Source: Candidatus Margulisiibacteriota bacterium (lineage in GTDB: Bacteria > Margulisbacteria > WOR-1 > O2-12-FULL-45-9 > XYB2-FULL-48-7). From it: a stretch of 46,855 nt of DNA. The DNA is taken from NCBI GenBank assembly GCA_041665245.1, contig JBAYJF010000001.1, forward strand, positions 1-46,855, read 5' to 3'. Below the pieces are notes generated by a model, which was not told the DNA's origin, ran no database searches, and worked only from the letters and a program-made list of their open reading frames with translations. Of the stretch, positions 15,705 through 25,153 are shown piece by piece. The position numbers were made by a program, and so were the translations under genes. Each line of letters opens with the position of its first letter. Position 1 is the stretch's first letter.

Positions 15705-16780
15705 CGGGACATTTCCTTTTTGAGTCTGATTATCGGATCGATCCGGCTAGGATCGACTTCTTTGAGCAAAGCCGAATAAACGCTCAAAAAATCCGCAAAA
15801 AGAACCAAAGACATAGCTTTTGCAAACATCCCCCGCCCTTGAGAAAAGATCTCATTTACTCCGCCGATCGAGCTGCTGATGATCGATTTTGTAATTTCGA
15901 TCCTTTTTTTGATCCGTTCGCCGTCCAAACTATCTCGTAAAATTATCAGGGAAAAATTATGTTCTCCTCTTTTAAGAGCAGCAAAATTTACAATATCATT
16001 ATGGTTGAGTTCCGGAAAAGCACAATTAAGCGCCGTTATCTTTCCGTTTTCGTTAAATTGGTCTTTAAAGCGCAAAGCCGCGGAGTTTGTGGTCCCGACC
16101 GATCCAAAGATTATCGGCGTTTTTCCGGCAAGCTTCTTGGCTAATTGCTTTACCGGGTTTGTTCGCAGAGGATTCTGAGAATTATATTCGTTTTTAAGAT
16201 CTTTTAGCAATGCGATCGCTTCTTTTATTTCTTGCGGCAAGCTCGGATAAAACCCTAATTTCTCAAATATCCGGAATAGCGGCACCAGTATAAATGGAAG
16301 CGCGGCTCTTGGCTGAAAGCCTCCTGGTATGACAAATAGCGGGTATTTGTTTTTTTCTGCGATCTCTTTGAGCTTGCCGCCGGACGTTATGCAGGCGATT
16401 TTTGCTTTTTTCTTTTCCGCTTCTTTTAATAGCGTTAACACCTCTTCCGTGTCACCCGAATAAGAGGTCGCTATAAACAAGGTCGAGGGATCAACATAGG
16501 CCGGCAAAAGATAGCCGCGGCATACGTTTATCGGCACGGAACATTTTAGCGTCAACAATTCAGCCGCAATATCGCCCGCGATCGCCGAACCACCCATCCC
16601 CGCAATAACAATATTTCCGATCTTTCCGACTTTCTTAAAAGGGATCACGGGAATAATCTTTTCAATTTCCGCCAGCATTTCCGGCGTCCTTTCGACAACG
16701 CCCAGCATGCCGGCCATATCGATCCGGCATATTTGGTCTAGTTCATCAAGAAGCTCTTTAGCCACCGTTTCTTTCTCCAA
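15701..16780 (-). CDS. bifunctional phosphoglucose/phosphomannose isomerase (SIS domain)
   Basis: There are two SIS-like halves and the motif GMGGSAIAGD. The size fits the family, and the adjacent sugar-nucleotide gene supports the call. Confidence 0.7.
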   Translation of the reverse strand: MEKETVAKELLDELDQICRIDMAGMLGVVERTPEMLAEIEKIIPVIPFKKVGKIGNIVIAGMGGSAIAGDIAAELLTLKCSVPINVCRGYLLPAYVDPSTLFIATSYSGDTEEVLTLLKEAEKKKAKIACITSGGKLKEIAEKNKYPLFVIPGGFQPRAALPFILVPLFRIFEKLGFYPSLPQEIKEAIALLKDLKNEYNSQNPLRTNPVKQLAKKLAGKTPIIFGSVGTTNSAALRFKDQFNENGKITALNCAFPELNHNDIVNFAALKRGEHNFSLIILRDSLDGERIKKRIEITKSIISSSIGGVNEIFSQGRGMFAKAMSLVLFADFLSVYSALLKEVDPSRIDPIIRLKKEMSR

Positions 16781-17951
16781 TTTTTTCTTTTAAGATCTGG
16801 ATCGCTTTTTGCATTTGAATATCTTTTTTCTCGTCCGGTATTTCATCGACCGACATATCCGACTCGGCTTCTTTTGTCGGAAGCATAACAACGACTTCAG
16901 GGGAGATCCCCTTTTTCGTGATATCTTCCCCGTCGGGGGTTAAATATTTTGCAATAGTAAGAAGGATCGCCGACCCGTCATTTAACTGCCTGACGTTTTG
17001 AACGGAAGCTTTTCCGTAGGAATGCGAACCAACCAAAGTAGCGACTTTATTGTCTCGTAGCGCACCGGCAAGGATCTCCGAGGCTGACGCGGATGTTTCA
17101 TTGATCAGCATCACGACCGGCTTGGTCCAGATCACCCTTCCGGTTGAATCGAGCTTTTCCTTTCTCCCTTCCCGATCGATCGTCTGCACAATGTTCCCCT
17201 CTTTGATGAACATGCTCCCGATCTCGATCGCATTTTGCAAAAGGCCGCCGCCGTTCCCGCGAACATCAATAATTATTCCGTCCACATCTTTATAAGCGCT
17301 CAGAGCTTTCTCGAATTCTTTTGCAGCAGATAAGTTTTCAAAAGTATTTAGTTTAATGTAGCCGATGTTCTCCCCGATCTTTTTCATGACCAGGCTTTTG
17401 ACGACGATCTTTGCTCTTGGTATCTCAAAGGTCCGTGCATCTTTCCATCCCTGACGAAAGACATCGACTTTAACTAGCGTCCCTCGGGGTCCGCGAATAA
17501 GACTGACCGCCTCTTCAAGCGCCATATCTTTGGTCTCTTTTCCTTCAATTTTCACGATAGCGTCGCCGCCTTTTAAGCCGGCGCTTTTCGCAGGAGTTCC
17601 GTCGATCGCAGAGATCACTTTCAGTTGCTTATCTTTTAAGCCTATATAAATGCCGATCCCGGAATAAGACCCTCCCATTCTGACCCGCATCTCTTTATAC
17701 GCCTTTGGTTCCATAAATCGGGTATATGGATCATCGAGCGCATCCAGCAATCCTCTTATCGAGCCGTATACTAGTTTTTGGTCGTCCAATTTTTTCGATA
17801 CATATTCATTTTTTACAAGTTCAAGCGCCTGCAAATATGTTTCAAGCTTGCTTTCCAGCTCGCCCTGGGCAATTACTTTCCCGACGGAAAAAGCCGAAAC
17901 CGCCACGACCAAGACCAAAAACCCGACCTTAAGCCTTAAATTATTCTTCAT
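16758..17951 (-). CDS. ctpA: carboxyl-terminal processing protease (S41)
   Basis: The ORF has a signal or anchor peptide, a PDZ region (GSPAKSAGLKGGD-like: GTPAKSAGLKGGDAIVKIEG), and an S41 core (DVRGNGGG, SASASEILAGAL). Confidence 0.85.
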   Translation of the reverse strand: MKNNLRLKVGFLVLVVAVSAFSVGKVIAQGELESKLETYLQALELVKNEYVSKKLDDQKLVYGSIRGLLDALDDPYTRFMEPKAYKEMRVRMGGSYSGIGIYIGLKDKQLKVISAIDGTPAKSAGLKGGDAIVKIEGKETKDMALEEAVSLIRGPRGTLVKVDVFRQGWKDARTFEIPRAKIVVKSLVMKKIGENIGYIKLNTFENLSAAKEFEKALSAYKDVDGIIIDVRGNGGGLLQNAIEIGSMFIKEGNIVQTIDREGRKEKLDSTGRVIWTKPVVMLINETSASASEILAGALRDNKVATLVGSHSYGKASVQNVRQLNDGSAILLTIAKYLTPDGEDITKKGISPEVVVMLPTKEAESDMSVDEIPDEKKDIQMQKAIQILKEKIGERNGG

Positions 17952-17971
17952 TAAAATCCCCTTTTTTATTT

Positions 17972-19084
17972 TTACGGCAAATAAGGCATCGGATTAACCA
18001 CGGTGCCATTTTTTCTAACTTCAAAATGAAGATGCGGACCGGTTGAATTCCCGGTGCTCCCTTCCAATCCTATTGATTGTCCTTTCGAAACAACTGCTCC
18101 GACACCCGCGATCAGCCTGGACATGTGCCCGTAAACAGTTGCGATCCCTTTTCCATGATCGATGACGATAGCTTTTCCATATCCATCCCACCAGCCGGAA
18201 AAGATAACTTCACCGGAATCAGCCGCTAGGATCGGTGTCCCATGCGTCGTTGCAATATCAACTCCGGTATGGCGATGTCCGCGCCCATATCGCCGATAAA
18301 CGCCATAGCGTGAAGTAATTCTACCCCTTAACGGCCAAATCATCAACCCAGAGCCCTTTGCATATATGCCCGCCTGCGTGCGCTGGGCCATTTTCTTCTG
18401 GATCAACACTTCTAATTCTTTGGAGCTCCTTTCGAGCTCCTCAATTTTTGCTTCCTGCTCCAACTCCATCTTGGTCAGATCCTTGAAGATCATTTTCTTT
18501 TCCGCCGCCTGCTGGGAGATCTTATCTTTTTGCTGGGCGATCACCCCGGCAAGTTCTTTTATTTCGCTATTTTTTTCCGCTAAGATCTTTTTTTCGGTTT
18601 TTGCTTCCATCAGATCCGATTTTACTCCCTGGATCACACTTGTATCCTGGGAAATGATCTTCTCAAAATAATACAGCCTGCTTAAAAAGTCCGACATTGA
18701 GCGCGCGGCAAAGACCAGGTCAAGATAATTTACCCCGCCGCTTTTATATGCTTCTCGGATCCTTCTCTCTAATACCGTCGATTTTTTATTCAGATCAACT
18801 TCGGTTTTCTGGAGCTCTACGACCAAGGTCCCTATCTTAGCCTGGTTATCGGTTATCTTTTCCTTTGCCCGATTCAACTTCTTATTTGCACTCCGTAATT
18901 GGACGTTGATCGAAGCCAGCTTCCCTAGGACTTCTTGTTTTCTATTCCTGGTTTTTTCGAGCTCCGCCTTGTTCCTGAGGAGCTCTTTCTGAATTATTTT
19001 AAACTTAGCCGCAGGATCAAGCTCCTGGGCACAAAGAGGCGAACAGGCGGCAACAATAGCCAATATGATCAGGAGGAATTTCAT
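17972..19084 (-). CDS. M23 peptidase with a long N-terminal coiled coil (EnvC-like murein hydrolase activator)
   Basis: I place the start at MKFLLIILAIVAACSPLCA, a signal peptide. The longer ORF start at 19177 would overlap uvrC. The C-terminal M23 motifs are HTGVDI and GPHLHFEV. Confidence 0.8.
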   Translation of the reverse strand: MKFLLIILAIVAACSPLCAQELDPAAKFKIIQKELLRNKAELEKTRNRKQEVLGKLASINVQLRSANKKLNRAKEKITDNQAKIGTLVVELQKTEVDLNKKSTVLERRIREAYKSGGVNYLDLVFAARSMSDFLSRLYYFEKIISQDTSVIQGVKSDLMEAKTEKKILAEKNSEIKELAGVIAQQKDKISQQAAEKKMIFKDLTKMELEQEAKIEELERSSKELEVLIQKKMAQRTQAGIYAKGSGLMIWPLRGRITSRYGVYRRYGRGHRHTGVDIATTHGTPILAADSGEVIFSGWWDGYGKAIVIDHGKGIATVYGHMSRLIAGVGAVVSKGQSIGLEGSTGNSTGPHLHFEVRKNGTVVNPMPYLP

Positions 19085-19112
19085 GTAAAAAAATTTTAGC
19101 ACATATCCCAAA

Positions 19113-20375
19113 CTAGTTGAAGAGGCCTTTGAGCCTTTTAGCACGATGAAACGTGATCGCAAACCGGTGCGCCTCATTTCGTATCCTCTGCAGCAGTTTT
19201 ATTGCCAGCGACTGAATGGGGAGCAAAAGCGGGGCTCTTTCATCCGAGAAATAGATCGTTTCTTCTTTCTTCGCCAGACCGATCAAAGTTTTTGGTTTAT
19301 AGCCTGTCTCTTCCAAGGCCTTTTTAGCCGCAGATACTTGCCCTGCGCCGCCATCAACCATTACGAGATCAGGATACGATAGCTCTTTTGACAATGCACC
19401 TCCATAACGCCGCTTTATCACCTCATAAATGGCCATCACATCGTTTGGTTTTCCATGCAAACCGTAGATATTAAATTTCCGATATTCGGCCTTAAGCGGG
19501 GTACCGCCGACAAATACGACCATCGACGCGACAATATTACTTCCCTGAATGTTTGAAATATCAAAGCATTCGATTCTTTGCGGAAGCTCTTCCATTTTGA
19601 GTGCAGTTTTTATTGCTTCCAAGTTCTCGTGAGATTGGATCCCCGGGGCATTGATCAAGCTTTCGCGGCCTTCGATCATTTTTTCAAGTTTTTTGATCCG
19701 ATCCCTGAAATAGGCCGCCTTTTCATAATCCTGCTTATCTGACGCCCTTTTCATTTCCAAATTAAGCTCTTTTAACGCCGGCGTTAATTTCCCCCTTATC
19801 AATAAAACGATCCCTTTCACATACTGTTTATACTCCGTAGGCGTAATATTGCCTGCGCACGGACCGCTGCAAGCCCCGATCCGATAGAACAAGCAGGGCT
19901 GCTCCCGCTTTCTTAATGGGGACTCTTTACACCACCTGATCGGAAATAGTTTTTTTACCAAACGAATAATTTCTTTGACCATCGCACCCTGAAAACGGCC
20001 AAAATAAATCGCCCCATCCTTTTCTTTTCTGCGGGAAATTAATAATCGCGGCCATTGTTCTTTGGTTAATTTAAGATATGGGTAATTTTTATCGTCTCGA
20101 AGCAGAATGTTGTAGCGGGGCATATACTTTTTTATCAGATCGTTTTCAAGCGTTAACGCATCCAACTCGGAGGCAGTAAGGATAAAATCAATATCCCGGA
20201 TCCGGCTGATAAGAATACTGGTTTTAATATCTAAATTTGGCTTGAAATATGAGGAAACTCTTTTGCGGAGCGATTTGGCTTTACCGATATAGATGACAGT
20301 ACCGATCCGGTCTTTAAAAAAATAAACCCCCGGCTTATTCGGCAGTTGCTTTAGCTTCTCTTCTAGAGAGATCAC
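19113..20375 (-). CDS. uvrC: excinuclease ABC subunit C, compact form lacking the C-terminal (HhH)2 domain
   Basis: The ORF has a GIY-YIG domain (PGVYFFKD...IYIGKAKSLRKRV), a Cys motif (CLFYRIGACSGPCAG), a UVR motif (DYEKAAYFRDRIKKLE) and an endonuclease domain (IECFDISN...MVDGGAGQ). It ends at 420 aa, right after the FHR segment. Confidence 0.8.
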   Translation of the reverse strand: MISLEEKLKQLPNKPGVYFFKDRIGTVIYIGKAKSLRKRVSSYFKPNLDIKTSILISRIRDIDFILTASELDALTLENDLIKKYMPRYNILLRDDKNYPYLKLTKEQWPRLLISRRKEKDGAIYFGRFQGAMVKEIIRLVKKLFPIRWCKESPLRKREQPCLFYRIGACSGPCAGNITPTEYKQYVKGIVLLIRGKLTPALKELNLEMKRASDKQDYEKAAYFRDRIKKLEKMIEGRESLINAPGIQSHENLEAIKTALKMEELPQRIECFDISNIQGSNIVASMVVFVGGTPLKAEYRKFNIYGLHGKPNDVMAIYEVIKRRYGGALSKELSYPDLVMVDGGAGQVSAAKKALEETGYKPKTLIGLAKKEETIYFSDERAPLLLPIQSLAIKLLQRIRNEAHRFAITFHRAKRLKGLFN

Positions 20376-20379
20376 TTCT

Positions 20380-20805
20380 TTATTTAACGGTTATCTTAAG
20401 CTTTACGTCCGCTTTAATGCTTTGGTAAAGCGTAACTAAAACCGAGTATTCGCCAAGAAACTTGATCGGCGCCCGAATGGTAACTTTTCTTTTGTCGATT
20501 TCGATCCCGGAAGAGCTTTTTATCTCTTTCACAACATCCAAGGTCGTGACCGATCCGAAAAGCTTGCCGCCCTCGCCCGCTTCCATCGGAATAGTAAGTT
20601 CAAGCTGGCCTAGTTTTTCAGCAATAGCCATTAACTCCGCTTTCTTCTTTTCAACGATCGCCTGTTTCTTCTCTTTTCTCTTTTCTACCTGGACAAGCGA
20701 GCTTTTAGTTGCAAGGACCGCCAATTTTTTTGGAAAAAGGTAGTTTCTGGCGTAACCGTCCGCTACGTTTTCAACTCTATCGTCTTCTAAATAAATTATT
20801 TTCAT
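20380..20805 (-). CDS. rplI: 50S ribosomal protein L9
   Basis: The N-terminus MKIIYLEDDRVENVADGYARNYLFPKKLA is typical of L9. The position after rpsR supports the call. Confidence 0.9.
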   Translation of the reverse strand: MKIIYLEDDRVENVADGYARNYLFPKKLAVLATKSSLVQVEKRKEKKQAIVEKKKAELMAIAEKLGQLELTIPMEAGEGGKLFGSVTTLDVVKEIKSSSGIEIDKRKVTIRAPIKFLGEYSVLVTLYQSIKADVKLKITVK

Positions 20806-20806
20806 A

Positions 20807-21061
20807 TTAATCTACCACGTACGGCGCAAGCCCAAGCTGGCGCGCTCTTTTGACCGCATTTGCAACTCTTCGCTGATGGATAGCGCAACATCCCGACATT
20901 CTTCTCGGGGCGATCTTTCCTCTATCCGTAACAAATTTACGGACAAATCCGATATCTTTATAATCCAATTCTTTTTTGTCCGCGCAGAATACGCACGGCC
21001 GTCTTTTCTTCTTTTTATACTGCTGAGGCTTCGTTTTTGGTTTTCTTGATTCCCTTGCCAT
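20807..21061 (-). CDS. rpsR: 30S ribosomal protein S18
   Basis: The 84-aa protein starts at MARESRK, with a GGGGG SD upstream. It has the CVFC...DYKD...L.KF....GKI.PRR..G motif. Confidence 0.9.
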   Translation of the reverse strand: MARESRKPKTKPQQYKKKKRRPCVFCADKKELDYKDIGFVRKFVTDRGKIAPRRMSGCCAIHQRRVANAVKRARQLGLAPYVVD

Positions 21062-21071
21062 TATTTCCCCC

Positions 21072-21482
21072 TTAAAAAGGAATTTCATCAACCGGAGCTT
21101 CTTTTATTTCCGCAGGCACCTCTTTTGCCGTTTCGGAGCTTCTCCGGTCAGATTTTTTTCCCAACATCTGCATATTATCCATCACAACTTCAACCATCGT
21201 CCGTTTTTGGCCATCGCGCCCGACAAAACTATTTACGCGAAGGGTCCCTTCGAGGGCGATCGGGTCGCCTTTTTTAATATATTCTCCGCAAATTTCAGCC
21301 AGCCTTCGCCAGCCGACAACATTTATGAAATCAACATCCTGCCCGCCCGCTTCCGCCTTCTCGTCTTTTTTCTTCATCCGGTTGACCGCAACCGCAAATC
21401 TTACGACCGGCACGCCCGATGGCGTATATCTTAGCTCCGGATCGCGAGCCAAATTGCCGATTAAAAATACTTTGTTATACAT
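21072..21482 (-). CDS. ssb: single-stranded DNA-binding protein, paralog 2
   Basis: I place the start at MYNKVFLIGNLARDPELRYT, the OB-fold N-terminus. The acidic C-terminal tip is VDEIPF. The longer ORF overlaps the upstream ssb gene. Confidence 0.85.
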   Translation of the reverse strand: MYNKVFLIGNLARDPELRYTPSGVPVVRFAVAVNRMKKKDEKAEAGGQDVDFINVVGWRRLAEICGEYIKKGDPIALEGTLRVNSFVGRDGQKRTMVEVVMDNMQMLGKKSDRRSSETAKEVPAEIKEAPVDEIPF

Positions 21483-21486
21483 ATGT

Positions 21487-21888
21487 TTAAAAGGGGAGAT
21501 CCCCGGCCAATTCCGAGTCATCAACCACTTCTTCGGACGAAAACATCGCGCCGCCATCCTTAACATGCGCTTTTTCAAGCGGAAGGACATTCCTGGCAAC
21601 GACTTCAACGACCCATTTTCGCTGTCCGCTCTGATCTTCGTAGGTCCTGTTTTGGATCCTTCCGTCGACCAGCGCCATTTGACCCTTTGAAAGCAACTTC
21701 CCGCAAGACTCGGCAACTTTTTGCCAAGCTACAATATCAATAAAATCGGTCCCGGTATTCATACCTTCGGTTGCCGGACGATTGACCGCTAACCGAAACT
21801 TTGCGACCGGTACGCCATCAACAGTAACCCTTGCCTCGGGGCTGTCTGTCAGCCTGCCGATAAGGATTATCCTATTTAGGCTCGCCAA
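21487..21888 (-). CDS. ssb: single-stranded DNA-binding protein, paralog 1
   Basis: The OB fold begins MASLNRIILIGRLTDSPEARVT. The C-terminal tip is GDLPF. Confidence 0.85.
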   Translation of the reverse strand: MASLNRIILIGRLTDSPEARVTVDGVPVAKFRLAVNRPATEGMNTGTDFIDIVAWQKVAESCGKLLSKGQMALVDGRIQNRTYEDQSGQRKWVVEVVARNVLPLEKAHVKDGGAMFSSEEVVDDSELAGDLPF

Positions 21889-22267
21889 TGGGCTCTCCCT
21901 TGATCTCGTCCACTTTGACAGCCTCCATCGGCTTCCCTGCTATATCTTTTTTCTCCGGTACCGGCACTTCAAAAACAACTGCATTGGAGAAGAAATAACG
22001 GGTAACGCTTTCTGTCACTTTTAGAAAAGCGCGTAATTGCGCAGGAACGGCTGGATCACTTTGAAATCGGATCAGGATATAAACGCCAGTGGTCATTCTT
22101 TTTGCCTTTTTAACGATCGAATTGAGGCGTTTCATTCCCCACTTATCAACTCCGTCAATGGCACCGCCAAGGCTTTTAATTTTTTCTTCAATGCGCGCAG
22201 TCTGCTGGCTAACCCTTTCTTCGCCCAGCGCCGGATCAAACAACAAGATCAATTCATATGCTTTCAA
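21872..22267 (-). CDS. rpsF: 30S ribosomal protein S6
   Basis: The S6-like N-terminus (L)KAYELILLFDP begins at a TTG preceded by GGAGGAG with 6-nt spacing. The upstream part of the ORF track has no S6 similarity. A C-terminal acidic/Pro extension is present. Confidence 0.8.
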   Translation of the reverse strand: MKAYELILLFDPALGEERVSQQTARIEEKIKSLGGAIDGVDKWGMKRLNSIVKKAKRMTTGVYILIRFQSDPAVPAQLRAFLKVTESVTRYFFSNAVVFEVPVPEKKDIAGKPMEAVKVDEIKGEPIGEPK

Positions 22268-22431
22268 GACTAACTCCTCCAACCGCCATATAATACAGGC
22301 AGGTCTAGCGTCCCGGAAGTGTTTATTATAGCATATACCCCTTTTCTCGTAAATAGTGAACCCCAAAATGAACCTTTTTCGTGCTTTAGGTTGTCTAAAG
22401 TACTATAATATAGTGCAAGGAGATAACAACC

Positions 22432-23361
22432 ATGAAAACAAAATTAGCAACGCTTCTAGCAATGACCGCCATGCTAGCCTCCTTTTGTTCTGCTCCGGCA
22501 ATGTCTGCCGAACGAACACTAAATATGGTAAGCGGCATCGGTGTCGGCTATAACTATTTATTCCCCAAAGATTCCCAGATCAAAGATTATTATAACGGCG
22601 GGCTCACATTGAAAGCTTTCATGGAGTTAAGGGCCGAAAGCGGGCTTGCCCTCTCCGGCGATATCGGACTCTATACGGAAGGGAACCGGAGCAGCCTCGC
22701 ACCCGCAAAAACCGAATTATCAATTGTTCCTATAACCGCCTCGGTTGCTTATCATCTCTTTAAAGATGGCGCCATTTCCCCTTATTTTGGAGGAGGAATA
22801 GGATTATATTATATAAATGAATTCGATCCCGATTTTAATTATCTAAAAACGACAAAATTCGGCAAACATATTTTTGTCGGAACCGACATGCGGTTTTCGG
22901 CTGACTCGCTGCTTAGAGCGGAGCTGCGTCAAAGCTTTGTTGACCCGGTAAATTCACAATTTTATTACCAGGGAAATTTTGGCGGCCTATCGGCCATAGT
23001 TTCGGTTGCGATCGATTGGCCAATATTGGGTCCCGAAGTTGAGTTAACCCCCGAAGAGAGAGTTCTCGCACGAAAACAAAGGTTGCTTGAAACGGAAATT
23101 CAAGCGCGCGAAAACCATTTGCATGACCTGGAAAGACATTATCAGCGCCAGCATGAATGGAACACAAACGATTATCGGCTCTGGGGGAGCCCGCAGCTGC
23201 TGCAAAATCAGCTCACCCAGACCCAGGAACAAATTGATGCAGATAAAGCCAAGGCGGAAGAGCTAAAAAAAGAACAGGAGCTAAAACGCCAGCAATATAT
23301 TGATCAGAAAGAAAAACTTAGGCAGGAAAAGAAGGAAACGGTTTTAAATAAGGGGACTTAA
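22432..23361 (+). CDS. outer-membrane beta-barrel protein with a C-terminal coiled-coil tail
   Basis: The ORF has an AGGAG SD, a signal peptide (MKTKLATLLAMTAMLASFCSAPAMSA) and alternating beta-strand patterns with Gly/Tyr girdles (GGGIGLYY). The last ~100 aa are rich in Glu, Lys and Gln. Confidence 0.6.
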   Translation: MKTKLATLLAMTAMLASFCSAPAMSAERTLNMVSGIGVGYNYLFPKDSQIKDYYNGGLTLKAFMELRAESGLALSGDIGLYTEGNRSSLAPAKTELSIVPITASVAYHLFKDGAISPYFGGGIGLYYINEFDPDFNYLKTTKFGKHIFVGTDMRFSADSLLRAELRQSFVDPVNSQFYYQGNFGGLSAIVSVAIDWPILGPEVELTPEERVLARKQRLLETEIQARENHLHDLERHYQRQHEWNTNDYRLWGSPQLLQNQLTQTQEQIDADKAKAEELKKEQELKRQQYIDQKEKLRQEKKETVLNKGT

Positions 23362-24944
23362 GCAGGGGTATCAAAAAACTCGATCGTGGGATTATTCTCT
23401 GCAAAGTAACTAAGTGACCAGTCGGTTGAAAATAAAAGGACCCGGCGGCTCTGATCGTCGGTCGCAAGCGCTGCGCCTCCCGGCAAACGCGGCACAATTT
23501 CTTCCGAGCTCTGAGTTGATTTGATCCACTTTAATAGCTTCCACTGCATTATTTCCAATCGCGGCTCGGCTTTATATTCATCTTTGAGCCGATACTGCAA
23601 AACCTCGAACTGCAGCGGGCCGACCGCGCCAAGCAATGGGGTGTTTTCTACGGAGCCATGGACAGAAAATGACTGAACAATATCTTCCGCTAACAAATGT
23701 TCCAGTCCTTTACGAAAACGCTTATAGGTCGAGGGGACAGAGTTGTGTAAATAGGCAAAACATTCCGGAGCAAAGCGGGGGATCTCGTCAAAGACGATCT
23801 TTTCATCAACACTGATCGTGTCTCCGATGCGAAAATCAAATTTTGTAACAAAACCAATGATGTCTCCGGGATATGCAACGTTAACCACGTCCCGGTCGCG
23901 GCCAAAAAGATTATACGAGTCTGAAAGGACGACCTCTTTGCCGGTGCGCGCATGATAAGCCTTCATGTCGCGAAAAAATTCTCCCGAACAGACCCGGGCA
24001 AAAACGATCCGATCGCGATGCTGGGGATTCATATTCGTCTGGACCTTAAAAACAAAAGCGGAAAAAGGCTGATCCAGGGCGACAAGGCCAAGTTTAGTTT
24101 TTCTGGCGGTCGGCTCGGCCGAATAACTCAAAAAACCTTTTAAGAGGAGCTCAACGCCAAAATTATTGGCGGCGCTGCCAAAGAAAACCGGCGTTGTCTC
24201 TCCCCGAAGAACAGCATCCATATTCAAGCCTCCATGGGCCCCGTCGAGCATCTCAAGCTCTTCCACGACTTCCCGGTATATCTGTTCGGGGAGAATATTT
24301 TTTACCTGGGGATCGGTCAGGTCATGAACTGAGACAGGCGCTTTATAGGTTCCACCCGGCAGACGCTCAAAAAGACAAACCTCTTTTTTCAAGCGGTCAT
24401 AGATCCCTTTAAAATCTACACCATTACCGAGAGGCCAGTTTACCGGAAATGCGTGCAGGTTAAGGACTTTTTCCAGCTGGTCGATCAGCTCCAGGGGCGA
24501 TTTAGCCGGCCGGTCCAGCTTGTTCATAAAAGTAAAGATGGGAATGCCGCGCTTGCGGCAGATCTCAAAGAGTTTGCGGGTCTGACTTTCTATCCCCTTG
24601 CTGGCATCGATCACCATGATCACGGCATCGACAGCCATTAAAACGCGATAGGTATCTTCCGAAAAATCCTTATGGCCGGGGGTATCGAGCAAGTTTAGGC
24701 GAAAGTTTTCGTAATCGAATTGCAATACAGTCGAAGAGATAGAGATGCCGCGTTTTTTTTCCAGCTCCATCCAGTCGGAAGCGGTCTCACGCTGTTTCTT
24801 TTTTGCCGTCACCGATCCGGCCAGATTGATCGCTCCGCCGTAAAGCAACAACTTTTCGGTCAAAGTTGTTTTGCCGGCATCCGGATGCGAAATAATGGCA
24901 AAGGTACGCCGGCGCGCGGCTTCTTTTTTTACGCGGTCATTCAT
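23358..24944 (-). CDS. prfC: peptide chain release factor 3
   Basis: The translational GTPase motifs AIISHPDAGKTT, DTPGH and NKLD are present. The length and collinearity match RF3. Confidence 0.9.
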   Translation of the reverse strand: MNDRVKKEAARRRTFAIISHPDAGKTTLTEKLLLYGGAINLAGSVTAKKKQRETASDWMELEKKRGISISSTVLQFDYENFRLNLLDTPGHKDFSEDTYRVLMAVDAVIMVIDASKGIESQTRKLFEICRKRGIPIFTFMNKLDRPAKSPLELIDQLEKVLNLHAFPVNWPLGNGVDFKGIYDRLKKEVCLFERLPGGTYKAPVSVHDLTDPQVKNILPEQIYREVVEELEMLDGAHGGLNMDAVLRGETTPVFFGSAANNFGVELLLKGFLSYSAEPTARKTKLGLVALDQPFSAFVFKVQTNMNPQHRDRIVFARVCSGEFFRDMKAYHARTGKEVVLSDSYNLFGRDRDVVNVAYPGDIIGFVTKFDFRIGDTISVDEKIVFDEIPRFAPECFAYLHNSVPSTYKRFRKGLEHLLAEDIVQSFSVHGSVENTPLLGAVGPLQFEVLQYRLKDEYKAEPRLEIMQWKLLKWIKSTQSSEEIVPRLPGGAALATDDQSRRVLLFSTDWSLSYFAENNPTIEFFDTPA

Positions 24945-24964
24945 ATTGGTAAGTATATAATAAA

Positions 24965-25036
24965 TAGCCCCACAGGGAATCGAACCCTGGTTCTTAGCTT
25001 GAAAAGCTAGTGTCCTAACCCCTAGACGATGGGGCC
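24965..25036 (-). tRNA. tRNA-Glu (anticodon UUC)
   Basis: The minus strand reads GGCCCCATCGTCTAGGGGTTAGGACACTAGCTTTTCAAGCTAAGAACCAGGGTTCGATTCCCTGTGGGGCTA. It has a 7-bp acceptor stem, an anticodon stem CTAGC/GCTAG with loop TTTTCAA, and a GGTTCGATTCC T-arm. CCA is not encoded. Confidence 0.85.
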
Positions 25037-25061
25037 CCGCTCACTTCGTTCGCAAATGACC

Positions 25062-25085
25062 AACCTGCCTGCCGGCAGGCAGGTT
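25062..25085. repeat. copy 2 of the palindrome (24 bp here: AA-CCTGCCTGCCGGCAGGCAGG-TT), upstream of tRNA-Glu
   Basis: The exact 20-mer lies at 25064-25083. It is flanked by AAATGACAA-like stutter words, which also occur at 1-9 and 15-23. Confidence 0.9.
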
Positions 25086-25153
25086 ACAAATGCCAAATGA
25101 CAAACTATCGAGGCAATTATTAAGTATATCAAATTATGGGTAGAAGGGGCAAG

